A stretch of DNA of 64,000 nucleotides. Origin: a virus (Duplodnaviria > Heunggongvirae > Uroviricota > Caudoviricetes). The notes beneath the pieces were generated by a model. The model was not told where the DNA came from, made no database searches, and worked only from the letters and a program-made list of their open reading frames with translations. Of this stretch, positions 27,165 to 35,277 are shown one piece after another; position 1 is the first letter of the stretch; every line of letters starts with the position of its first letter. The position numbers and the translations under genes are program-made. Where the stretch lies: positions 100,285 through 164,284 of IMG/VR virus record IMGVR_UViG_3300043399_000371. One strand, 5' to 3'.

Positions 27165-27236
27165 ACTCGGAGTGGGAATTGAACCCGACATTTCATCCTT
27201 GAAAGGGATGCGTCCTAACCACTAGACGACCCGAGC
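27161..27236 (-). tRNA. tRNA-Glu(TTC)
   Basis: Acceptor GCTCGGG/TCCGAGT (G-U pairs at both ends), D-arm GTCT/GGAC, anticodon stem CATCC/GGATG, loop CTTTCAA. T-stem is weak. Confidence 0.6.
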
Positions 27237-27296
27237 ATATTTTATATAAATTTTTAAAGAACGTTGCTGACTTGTTTCGTTCAGCGCATGGTGTGA

Positions 27297-27325
27297 ACTA
27301 TACTGGAGTCGCACACACTTGTCAA
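27297..27325 (-). promoter_or_regulatory. consensus sigma70 promoter TTGACA-N17-TATAGT ~55 nt upstream of tRNA-Glu
   Basis: Minus-sense ggtgTTGACAagtgtgtgcgactccagTATAGTtcac. Confidence 0.6.
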
Positions 27326-27341
27326 CACCACCAACAAAAAA

Positions 27342-27366
27342 CCCCAAGATTTTTTAGGTCTTGGGG
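27342..27366. terminator. rho-independent terminator hairpin CCCCAAGAT-TTTTTAG-GTCTTGGGG with A-run/T-run flanks (copy 1 of 2)
   Basis: Identical sequence recurs at 30342..30366. Confidence 0.7.
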
Positions 27367-27391
27367 TTTCTTTTTTAAGTTTAGTTAGATT

Positions 27392-28105
27392 TTATGCAAA
27401 CCTACCTGCAACTTTTCCTAAGAAACCACCAACTTTAGATGCTCCGGTATTGATAGCTGTCTTTACTTTATTCTTGACATTTTCAACACCTGTATCTATA
27501 CGTTTTGCTAATACACCGCGTCTGCCCTCAACATTACCGGCAGTAGCACTAGCAGATTTTCTCTTTGTCTCAGCAGTTTTATATGCTTCTTTTGCTTTTG
27601 CTGCCCTATCCTGAACTGTCTTAGACTTATTAACAGCAAATGCATACTTTGCTCTCTCTAATGGATTTTTACCAACAGGCGCAGTTCTGGCAGCATCTGC
27701 GGCAGATTTGGCCTTTACACCCATTTGAGTTGACTTTTCTTTTGCTTGTTGTGCTTGAGATGTAGCTTTCTGTTTTGCTCTATTTGCTAAGAACCCTTTA
27801 ATACCATATCTAGCACCAGCAACAAATGTACCAATTGACTCATCCAAAAGAACATCATACAGTTCTTCATACAATGGTGTATTAATATCATATCCAGTAA
27901 TTGCTTCTAAAGCAGACTCTTTCAAAGTTGGATACTTAAAGTTTTCCTCAAAATAATCCATAAGAATAGATGTGATATATGCATCTTCTTCTGTCATAAC
28001 ATAATCTTCATCTACATCATAGTTTTCTTCGATAAACTGATCAAGAATAGTAAAGAAAAGTTCTTGTCTTTCTTGAATTTGCTCTTCTGTAAGTTGTTGT
28101 AACAT
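27392..28105 (-). CDS. hypothetical protein with acidic N-half and Ala/Lys-rich low-complexity C-half
   Basis: 237-aa ORF. Confidence 0.5.
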   Translation of the reverse strand: MLQQLTEEQIQERQELFFTILDQFIEENYDVDEDYVMTEEDAYITSILMDYFEENFKYPTLKESALEAITGYDINTPLYEELYDVLLDESIGTFVAGARYGIKGFLANRAKQKATSQAQQAKEKSTQMGVKAKSAADAARTAPVGKNPLERAKYAFAVNKSKTVQDRAAKAKEAYKTAETKRKSASATAGNVEGRRGVLAKRIDTGVENVKNKVKTAINTGASKVGGFLGKVAGRFA

Positions 28106-28136
28106 AAAAATCCCTATAGCGTTATATTATTTATAC

Positions 28137-29903
28137 TTATTTAGCTTTCTTTTTCTGAATCAAAATTGGTTTTGGTGCAGAATATTCTTTACCTCTTGCC
28201 TTTTCTTGTTCTTCTGGTCTATCTATCTCATACTCACCATTATGTTGTTTAGCGTGTTCAATATGATCATCACTAACATCATGCGTAAAATTAGAATGGT
28301 GTTGAACATCGCTAGTGGAAGTTGTTGGTGTTGTTACTAAAATAGCACCAGCATCTTTACCATTTTTAGATTTGAATCTTTCTTTTGGTAAAAATTCATT
28401 ATCCTTAAATCTAGAATCTGTTGGAATTTTATGACCATCAACATCAACTAATCTTGGATGAAGAATATGTTGTTTTTGATAATCGTATCTTCTAGCTTTA
28501 CCATCATCACCAACTACAGTTCTATGACCGTAATGTGCTTTATCTGGAGTGGTTGGTCTACCTTCACCGTCATAATGTCCCTCTGGTCCTTCAGCTTTTT
28601 CACTATCAGATAATTCATGTTCTTCTCTACCTTCAGACCAATACTTAGCATGAGTTACGTGTTGTTGGAATTTTTTATCCATTTCTCCACCACGTTTCAT
28701 ATTTGTTACCATATATGAATTTTTTGGTGGTGTCATATTTCCTTCATCATTTTTAATATCTTCACCTGAAGATTGTGTAGCATGAATTGTCTGACGAACA
28801 CGAATTCTATCTTTTTTCTTATTTTCAGTAATTTCTTTTCCGTGTTTCACTTTTGGACCAGTATTAGAATATGTTACATGATAACCATTTTCTGGATCAT
28901 GTAATTCTGTCGTTTTTCCATAAGAATTAGCAATAATAGCTGGTCTTCCTTCTGTTGCACGTTGTCTGTTTAAATGTTTAATAACGTGTCTTGAACTACG
29001 ATCAGTTTCATCCACAACATTAGGTCTAAAAAGAAAACGTTTTTTTCTTTTATCTGCTGCATCTGCACGATTTCTTAGTGAATGTGTGTGGGCTAAAACC
29101 CAATCGCTTGTCATTGCTGGATCGTGTTTAGCTTGTTCATGACAGGCTCTTCTCACAGCAGCATTTACATATTGTGATTCTGCTTTAGGCGCAAAACAAG
29201 TTCCACGCGATGTATCAACAACACCTTCAGCATCAACACCACCACCACAACCTTCTGTCTGTGCTGGACAAGTATTTAAAATGTGATGTCTCTGATTTTC
29301 TCCGTGTCCTGATGTGTAAACAGCATGACCAGCAACACCTTTAGATGCTGCTGCTTCAAAAGTTCTACCTTGTTCATCATGTTCATGTTTTACTGTATCT
29401 GTCTTTTCGCCTTCATCTGTTGTATCTTTACTGTCTAGGTGTCTTGCTTTATGTAAACGTTCAATAGCTTCTTTTTCTGCTTTAATTTGTTCTTGTTTTG
29501 GTTTTGAAAAATGGTCTTCTAAAACTTTTTTATGCACACTTTCAATTTGACCAAGACCTAAAGGTGGACGATGTTCGCCACCATAAATTTTTGCTCTTGC
29601 TTCATTCCTTTCATTCATACCCATCGCACCAGATTTTTCACTACCTTCCCACATATGTCTAGGAACTACAATTCCTTTAGCTTTTGATTTACCGTCACCA
29701 TCATGTTTAAAAAGTAAACGTTTTGGGTTAGGATGATCATGAACGGATTCTTTAATCATATCGGCATTTTTGATTGGAATATAATCATTAACACCAAAAA
29801 GAGAATTTTGTACATTATGTTCTTGGGTATATTGTGGATGTGTCTCATCCATATCAATAGTGTGTATATCAGACTCTTTCAAAAATGTTTTAAATGATAA
29901 CAT
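28137..29903 (-). CDS. CTS-bearing large His/Asp/Lys-rich protein with Cys cluster; candidate packaged internal protein
   Basis: N-terminus MLSFKTFLKESD is CTS-like. 588 aa, very His-rich. Contains CPAQTEGCGGG...TCF...ACHEQ. Confidence 0.5.
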   Translation of the reverse strand: MLSFKTFLKESDIHTIDMDETHPQYTQEHNVQNSLFGVNDYIPIKNADMIKESVHDHPNPKRLLFKHDGDGKSKAKGIVVPRHMWEGSEKSGAMGMNERNEARAKIYGGEHRPPLGLGQIESVHKKVLEDHFSKPKQEQIKAEKEAIERLHKARHLDSKDTTDEGEKTDTVKHEHDEQGRTFEAAASKGVAGHAVYTSGHGENQRHHILNTCPAQTEGCGGGVDAEGVVDTSRGTCFAPKAESQYVNAAVRRACHEQAKHDPAMTSDWVLAHTHSLRNRADAADKRKKRFLFRPNVVDETDRSSRHVIKHLNRQRATEGRPAIIANSYGKTTELHDPENGYHVTYSNTGPKVKHGKEITENKKKDRIRVRQTIHATQSSGEDIKNDEGNMTPPKNSYMVTNMKRGGEMDKKFQQHVTHAKYWSEGREEHELSDSEKAEGPEGHYDGEGRPTTPDKAHYGHRTVVGDDGKARRYDYQKQHILHPRLVDVDGHKIPTDSRFKDNEFLPKERFKSKNGKDAGAILVTTPTTSTSDVQHHSNFTHDVSDDHIEHAKQHNGEYEIDRPEEQEKARGKEYSAPKPILIQKKKAK

Positions 29904-29948
29904 AAAATATTTTCCTATAAATAAAGTATTTCTTCTATTTATAAGATT

Positions 29949-30023
29949 TGGAGTGCGTAGTAGGAATCAAACCTACCTAAAACTGTTTTGCAGACAGTTG
30001 CCTCATCATTCGACCATACGCAC
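29949..30023 (-). tRNA. tRNA-Cys(GCA)
   Basis: Acceptor GTGCGTA/TACGCAC, anticodon stem ACTGT/ACAGT, loop CTGCAAA, T-arm GTAGGTTTGATTCCTAC. Confidence 0.65.
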
Positions 30024-30028
30024 ATAAT

Positions 30029-30124
30029 TGGCGGTGTGTAATGGATTCGAACCATTGGGGCAGTTTATTAGACTACCCAACTTCTTAGCAGGAAGCCGCC
30101 TTCGACCAACTCAGCCAACACACC
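30029..30124 (-). tRNA. tRNA-Ser(GCT), type II with very long variable arm
   Basis: Acceptor GGTGTGT/ACACACC, 3-bp D-stem, anticodon stem GCTTC/GAAGT, loop CTGCTAA, T-arm AATGGTTCGAATCCATT. Confidence 0.6.
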
Positions 30125-30133
30125 TTAAATTTT

Positions 30134-30224
30134 TGGCGGAAGTTAAAGGATTCGAACCCTCACCGGCGACTAACCGATGGCGACGGTTTTCAAGACCGTT
30201 TGTACACCATGTACGCTAACTTCC
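30134..30224 (-). tRNA. tRNA-Ser(TGA), type II
   Basis: Acceptor GGAAGTT/AACTTCC, anticodon stem ACGGT/ACCGT, loop CTTGAAA, long variable arm, T-loop TTCGAAT. Confidence 0.6.
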
Positions 30225-30229
30225 AATTT

Positions 30230-30304
30230 TGGCAGGGATGTCGGGATTCAAACCCAACCTAACAGAGTCAAAGTCTGTTGTGCTAATCGCTACACTACAC
30301 CCCA
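30230..30304 (-). tRNA. tRNA-Gln(TTG)
   Basis: D-arm GTGT/GCAC, anticodon stem ACAGA/TCTGT, loop CTTTGAC, T-arm TTGGGTTTGAATCCCGA. Position 1:72 is a U-U mismatch. Confidence 0.6.
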
Positions 30305-30341
30305 TCATAATAAAACTAAATTTTTAAAGAACAAGAAAAAA

Positions 30342-30366
30342 CCCCAAGATTTTTTAGGTCTTGGGG
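30342..30366. terminator. rho-independent terminator, identical copy 2, preceded by the shared block aaatttttaaagaac
   Basis: Sequence identical to 27342..27366. Confidence 0.7.
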
Positions 30367-30562
30367 TTTGTTTATTACTACCTAGAATGATGACGTATCT
30401 ACATTCTTTCACAAACCCCAATATCATCACAATTCTCTGGACGATATGAGACACTCCATTTCTGTGTGGAGGCTGAGATCGTACTAAATGAGAGTTGATA
30501 AATTGAAGTTTTCATGATTTCCTATATTTGTTTATTCTATTTAGCAAACTTTTTCGCCAAAA

Positions 30563-30874
30563 TCACTCTTTTTCAAAAAATATTTTTGTTTTTGGCATAT
30601 TTCCATTAACTGTACCATCCATTTTCATGTATGTCAAATAATTTTCTTCACCTACAGTTGCATATCCATCGAAAAAATATTGGTCTTTACTTTTAAGATG
30701 CTCTAGATTTTCATTAGACATTACCTGAACATCCATTGTTTGTGTACTGAGATGAATCGAAGTATTGTAGTCAGATTCTAGTGCAATTATTTCTGCCTTC
30801 TTTTCATCTTCAGCCTCAACAACATGATATTCAACAAAAGTCACAAGTGTTTGGACAATATACATTTTTTTCAT
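30563..30874 (-). CDS. hypothetical protein
   Basis: 103-aa ORF whose ATG overlaps the upstream small-ORF stop (ATGA). Confidence 0.45.
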   Translation of the reverse strand: MKKMYIVQTLVTFVEYHVVEAEDEKKAEIIALESDYNTSIHLSTQTMDVQVMSNENLEHLKSKDQYFFDGYATVGEENYLTYMKMDGTVNGNMPKTKIFFEKE

Positions 30875-31050
30875 TTTTTAATATTCACATTAGCTTTGAA
30901 GAACCCACCAAGAATGATTACAGATAGCCATGTAAAGAAATTATATGGAATCGCAACCATTGGAAATAGTGTATTAAATGCCCAAATCGTTAGTAGTGGT
31001 CCAGCAACAATAAGAGCAATAACAATCAAAATAATAACTAGTTTATCCAT
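30871..31050 (-). CDS. small membrane protein (59 aa), not in ORF track
   Basis: Translates to MDKLVIILIVIALIVAGPLLTIWAFNTLFPMVAIPYNFFTWLSVIILGGFFKANVNIKK with two hydrophobic spans. Confidence 0.45.
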   Translation of the reverse strand: MDKLVIILIVIALIVAGPLLTIWAFNTLFPMVAIPYNFFTWLSVIILGGFFKANVNIKK

Positions 31051-31053
31051 TTT

Positions 31054-31398
31054 TCAATCCTGTGTTTGTTCAATGGGTTTTTCACCATCCATCAATCGTT
31101 TAATCATACTATCCATCCACTCAACAGATTCTTCTGTCTTGCGCGTAATGATACCATATAGAGAGTTGCTTTTCAAGTTTTTTAGATACTCATATGGATC
31201 TAAAAATACTGCTTCGAAATGATCATCATAGTGCATAAAATCGTTTTCGTCTTTTTTTACAAATAAAGCCAACCAGACATTTTCACCAAGAATTGTTTGG
31301 GGTTTGTCAAACTTCATAAAATTAAAATCAATTGCAAATTTTTCACCATCAATATCTCTTGGTTCAAATGTAATCGTATCATACTCGTCTGGTTTCAC
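31054..31398 (-). CDS. hypothetical protein (GTG start with AGGAG RBS)
   Basis: 114-aa ORF. caggagacgatgaGTG. Confidence 0.45.
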   Translation of the reverse strand: MKPDEYDTITFEPRDIDGEKFAIDFNFMKFDKPQTILGENVWLALFVKKDENDFMHYDDHFEAVFLDPYEYLKNLKSNSLYGIITRKTEESVEWMDSMIKRLMDGEKPIEQTQD

Positions 31399-31576
31399 TC
31401 ATCGTCTCCTGAATTGACATATCACGAAGATCCATTGCAGCATCAGCAACACCATGCCAATCTTCACGGGCAATCATAATTTGTAGATACTCAAGCATGA
31501 TAGCTTTTTGTAGTTTAAGTGATTTGTAATCTGGTCCGTTATTCATAATTTATAAGGGAGACTAAGCCCCACTCCT

Positions 31577-32389
31577 TTATTTGTTGATCATTAGTCCAGT
31601 CATGTTACTTGGAACGATGATTGTCTGAACTTTACCGTTTTTGATACCCTCAGAGATGTTTAGTGCTGCTTGGGCATTCATGAAGGCAATTGAACTAGCA
31701 CTATTATTTGCTAGTGCTGCCATACGTCGAGCCTCTGCTTCAGCCGTTTTTACTTCAACCTCTTTTTGTAGAAGTTCGTTTTTAGCACGAACAAGTTCAT
31801 TTGCACTTTTTACCACACTATCAGCAGGAAGAATATTTCGAACTAGAACCTGATTGATAGTAATAGCACCATCAAGTTTCTCTTCACGTAGAGAAGCAAG
31901 CATAATTTCACGCACCTTGGTTTCGATAGCCTGACGATTATCATTCATGGTTAGTGCTTCGTATTCTCTTGATGCTTTATAAATTGCGTTTCGTGCAGAT
32001 TGAACAATATAGTTGTACATCAGAAAAACGTCACCATCATGATTTGCGTGGAATGCCTTCGATTTCTGACTATAGAGTTCCGAAACCTGAGAAGGATTGA
32101 TGTTGTAAATCACCACAGCATCAAAATCTTTCATCGTGCTATTATCTTTGGCTAGTGGAGTAAGATCATTTACCTGAACATTAACATCTTTGACAGGAAA
32201 AGTGATGATACTGCCCACGATGGTTTGATTAAAAGAACCCGGTAGAAGTTCACCTTGCTGAATTTGTTTATCAAATCCAACACGAACACCGACTTCACCA
32301 GTTTCGATACGCGCACAACCAACTGCGGTAGCCACAGCAAGACCAAGAACGGAGAATTTCACAAATTTATTCATAATATATTTCCTCAA
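31577..32389 (-). CDS. SPFH/band-7 (stomatin/HflKC-like) lipoprotein
   Basis: Lipobox LAVATAVGC. SPFH-like core ...VIYNINPSQV... C-terminal coiled coil. Confidence 0.6.
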   Translation of the reverse strand: MRKYIMNKFVKFSVLGLAVATAVGCARIETGEVGVRVGFDKQIQQGELLPGSFNQTIVGSIITFPVKDVNVQVNDLTPLAKDNSTMKDFDAVVIYNINPSQVSELYSQKSKAFHANHDGDVFLMYNYIVQSARNAIYKASREYEALTMNDNRQAIETKVREIMLASLREEKLDGAITINQVLVRNILPADSVVKSANELVRAKNELLQKEVEVKTAEAEARRMAALANNSASSIAFMNAQAALNISEGIKNGKVQTIIVPSNMTGLMINK

Positions 32390-32571
32390 AAAATTGCAAC
32401 AATCAAAAGAACCAAACTCAAACTAGCAAGTGCGATAATGATAGCAAACCCAAGATCCCATGTCAACTTATAAATTTGCTTTCTGGTCATGTTTTTGAAC
32501 ATTATCACACCAAGATAGATCAAAAGACAGAATAAAAGAAAGAAAAAAATGGCATTTATCATACTAGTCAC
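32386..32571 (-). CDS. small 2-TM membrane protein, NfeD-like partner of SPFH gene
   Basis: 61 aa with two hydrophobic helices. 4-nt overlap with the SPFH start. Confidence 0.5.
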   Translation of the reverse strand: MTSMINAIFFFLLFCLLIYLGVIMFKNMTRKQIYKLTWDLGFAIIIALASLSLVLLIVAIF

Positions 32572-33589
32572 TCTCTTTCATCAAAAATTTGTTACTAATT
32601 GCCTTAAAATGGATTTCTGGAACCTCAATACACTTAAAAACAATACCCTCACGTTCTTTTTTATCATTTAGTACACTCTTAGACTCAGCAAATTGAAGAA
32701 TATCTTCAAGAGTTTCGTTAAAAAGTTTCCAATCAAGAGCAATTACAGGAGCATATTGTAGTTGAAGCTTGTGACAAAACTCATTTCGGTCATAAGCATT
32801 CATGTATTTTCCAGTTTTCACATCATAAACGTCGAAAACACGGAATTCGAAGTCAGGAAAATTGTAATAATTCCCCTGAACACCGGGACCAATCAGTTCA
32901 CCTTGAATAGCAATACCAAGATGACCCCTAAGTTTTTCTTCAACATTGTATTTTTTAGCAATTTTCCAGAATGCATTGTTTTCATCTTCTTTTAGATCAA
33001 GATTCCGAGAACAAACATGGAAAATACCTTCAGTATCCATATACATTGTGCATGAAGAACCCTCAAGTTTTTCTGTAATTTCCCAAGTGTAACCCTTTTC
33101 CCTCCAAATCTCAAGTTCTTTTTTAAGATTCTGAATACGTTCCTGATCAGTCTTAGGTACAAGTGTTGGAAAATTACCTTTTACCTGTCCAGCAAGTTGA
33201 GCAGGAATTGGTTTTTCCCATTTTTGAATACCTAGAATTTCAGTAACATCCATGCCTTCTAGATTATCTTCTTGAGCAATTTGTGCAGTAAATGGTTCAA
33301 GAGGAAGCAAAAGACCCTGACTAATTTGACCACGAAGTTTGACAGTTCGTAGACGTTCACCTTTTACACCATTAAATTCCCGTGGTTCCTTACCTTTACT
33401 CAGAAATGGTGCAAGTTCAGTTGGTATCCAAGAATCAATTTCACAATACACGGCAAGATCATCAATTTTATACTCACCCTTTTTAACCACAACTTTCCAA
33501 CCACCGACAACTGCTACTTCAATAGCATCAGCTTCAGGAATCGGTTGAATATCATCAATTTTTCTTACAGTAGCAAGTTTTCGCATCAT
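32564..33589 (-). CDS. ATP-dependent RNA ligase, DraRnl/Rnl5 (DRB0094) family
   Basis: N-terminal MMRKLATVRKIDDIQPIPEADAIEVAVVGGWKVVVKKGEYKIDDLAVYCEIDS matches the family N-domain. Nucleotidyltransferase motif I is EKLEGSS (KxDG-type). Confidence 0.65.
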   Translation of the reverse strand: MMRKLATVRKIDDIQPIPEADAIEVAVVGGWKVVVKKGEYKIDDLAVYCEIDSWIPTELAPFLSKGKEPREFNGVKGERLRTVKLRGQISQGLLLPLEPFTAQIAQEDNLEGMDVTEILGIQKWEKPIPAQLAGQVKGNFPTLVPKTDQERIQNLKKELEIWREKGYTWEITEKLEGSSCTMYMDTEGIFHVCSRNLDLKEDENNAFWKIAKKYNVEEKLRGHLGIAIQGELIGPGVQGNYYNFPDFEFRVFDVYDVKTGKYMNAYDRNEFCHKLQLQYAPVIALDWKLFNETLEDILQFAESKSVLNDKKEREGIVFKCIEVPEIHFKAISNKFLMKESD

Positions 33590-33864
33590 TCAACTCCAAA
33601 ATGTTCTTTAATCACAAGGGCACAAATCTTAAAATCAGTAATATCTTGTTCACCACGAAATTTCTCTGCTTCATCCAGACAAGCTTGAGAACATTCTTTG
33701 ATAATCAATTCAACAAATCTTTCAATTTCATCAAAACCAATCAACACCTGAAGTCCACGATGAGTTGATTCTGTTTTTTGTAATTGATCAATAATTCTTT
33801 GATTCGCTCGTTCATTAAATATATCCTTGTGTTTGTGCCCAGAAGTATACAGCAACTCCAACAA
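33586..33864 (-). pseudogene. frameshifted member of MNERIKEL paralog family (N-terminus MNERIKELL in one frame, C-terminus ...FVELIIKEC...HFGVE in another)
   Basis: At ~33825 ATGAACGAGCGAATCAAAGAATTA encodes MNERIKEL but stops after 24 aa. The 92-aa track ORF carries the family C-terminal blocks in the adjacent frame. Confidence 0.4.
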
Positions 33865-33992
33865 AATAGCAAATCACCATCCACCAAGATTTATACGGAT
33901 TAAACCTACTAGTCGATAGTCCCCAGATACCACCAAGAACAAATGAAAACAAATTCAAGGTAGCTAATGAAATAGCAAAGAAAGCTTCCACA

Positions 33993-34478
33993 TCACACCT
34001 CCAAACTCACATCATTCATAACAAACCAAAGAGGTGTATCGCGTCCGGTCCATTTAGCGAAATCCTTCTTTGCACCAATATAATACTTACGATATGCAAC
34101 TACAGGATCAGAGTCTTTATACTCATCCGGCATAGCTTGAGCAAATTCAGTAAGCCCAATGTCTGGAATGGTATCAGGACAGTCAAACTCTGTCAAGAAA
34201 TATTGATCACTTTTATGTTCTCGATTGTACCTATAAGTATACTCATCACACAGAGCAAGACCATGAGCCTTAAGCCACTCATAGTTTTGTTTAGACCTAC
34301 CTGCCCATAGAGTAGATGGATGATTGGCATGAGTAGGTTTATAAGTAGCTGGCTTACCGTGCTTGTGGTTTACAGTAGCAAGAATCTGAGCCGACTCTAA
34401 AAGCATTTTTACTACGTGCTTATCACATAGCATCTGTGCAGCAACAATAGGATCTTGATGTACATGGAAAATATTCAT
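33993..34478 (-). CDS. hypothetical protein (weak resemblance to T4 endoV/DenV N-terminus noted, unconfirmed)
   Basis: 161-aa ORF, MNIFHVHQDPIVAAQMLCDKH... Confidence 0.45.
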   Translation of the reverse strand: MNIFHVHQDPIVAAQMLCDKHVVKMLLESAQILATVNHKHGKPATYKPTHANHPSTLWAGRSKQNYEWLKAHGLALCDEYTYRYNREHKSDQYFLTEFDCPDTIPDIGLTEFAQAMPDEYKDSDPVVAYRKYYIGAKKDFAKWTGRDTPLWFVMNDVSLEV

Positions 34479-34628
34479 AATTAATAACCTTTATCTGAAA
34501 CACGACACCAAGAACTGTACAGGAAAAAAACACCCATGTCAAGAGTTTTATGGGCAAAGATGAAGGTATTGACAGGATGAAGAATTTGGAGTAAGATTCG
34601 TTCCACCTCAACTCAATGGAAATTAATC

Positions 34629-35141
34629 ATGACTGCAATTAATCGAATTCACCGTGAAGACCTGACAGTAGATCAAGTCAGGGAAATGTTTAACTATGAT
34701 CCTGATACTGGATTGCTCACACGAAAAGTAAAAGCAGGAAGGTCTAATGTAGGAGATTTTGCTGGTAGTCTGAAGAAAGACGGTTACTATGAAGTCAAGA
34801 TCAAAGGAAAGTATTACAGGCAACACCGAATCATCTGGCTACACTATTATGGTAAATGGCCCGATCATTTCCTAGATCATATCAATGCTATTCCCACAGA
34901 CAATCGAATTTCTAATCTTCGGGAATGTAGTGACACAACAAATCAATTTAATAAAGGTGTCCATCCTCTTAGTAGACTAGGTGTGAAAAATGTATCTCTA
35001 GTCAAAGGAAAGTATGTCGTTACCTTTAAATTGAACTATAAAAAAATTCATGTTGGTAGGTATGACACACTTGAGGAAGCAGTAGAAGTTGCCCGTAAGT
35101 ATCGTGAAGAACTACACGGAGAATTCGCCCGTCATGAATGA
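34629..35141 (+). CDS. HNH homing endonuclease with AP2 DNA-binding domain
   Basis: HNH_3-like LDHINAIPTDNRISNLR, then an AP2-like GVKNVSLVKGKYVVTF...YDTLEEAVEVARKYREELHGEFA. Plus-strand insert among minus-strand genes. Confidence 0.7.
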   Translation: MTAINRIHREDLTVDQVREMFNYDPDTGLLTRKVKAGRSNVGDFAGSLKKDGYYEVKIKGKYYRQHRIIWLHYYGKWPDHFLDHINAIPTDNRISNLRECSDTTNQFNKGVHPLSRLGVKNVSLVKGKYVVTFKLNYKKIHVGRYDTLEEAVEVARKYREELHGEFARHE

Positions 35142-35277
35142 AATTGTCCAAAAGAGTCAAATCAGGTAAAGTAATAATTACCTCCAGAATCGTTACTGAA
35201 CTTACTCGCAGACTGCAACGAAAAAAACCTAAAGAGTAACAAAAAAGCCAGAGAATCAAACTCTGGCTTTTTTGTTT

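Noticed and set aside
33993-34478. Assignment of ORF 33993..34478 as T4 endonuclease V (DenV)
   Set aside because: There is only a vague N-terminal resemblance from memory. The catalytic N-terminal Thr and Glu23 context could not be aligned confidently, so it stays hypothetical.
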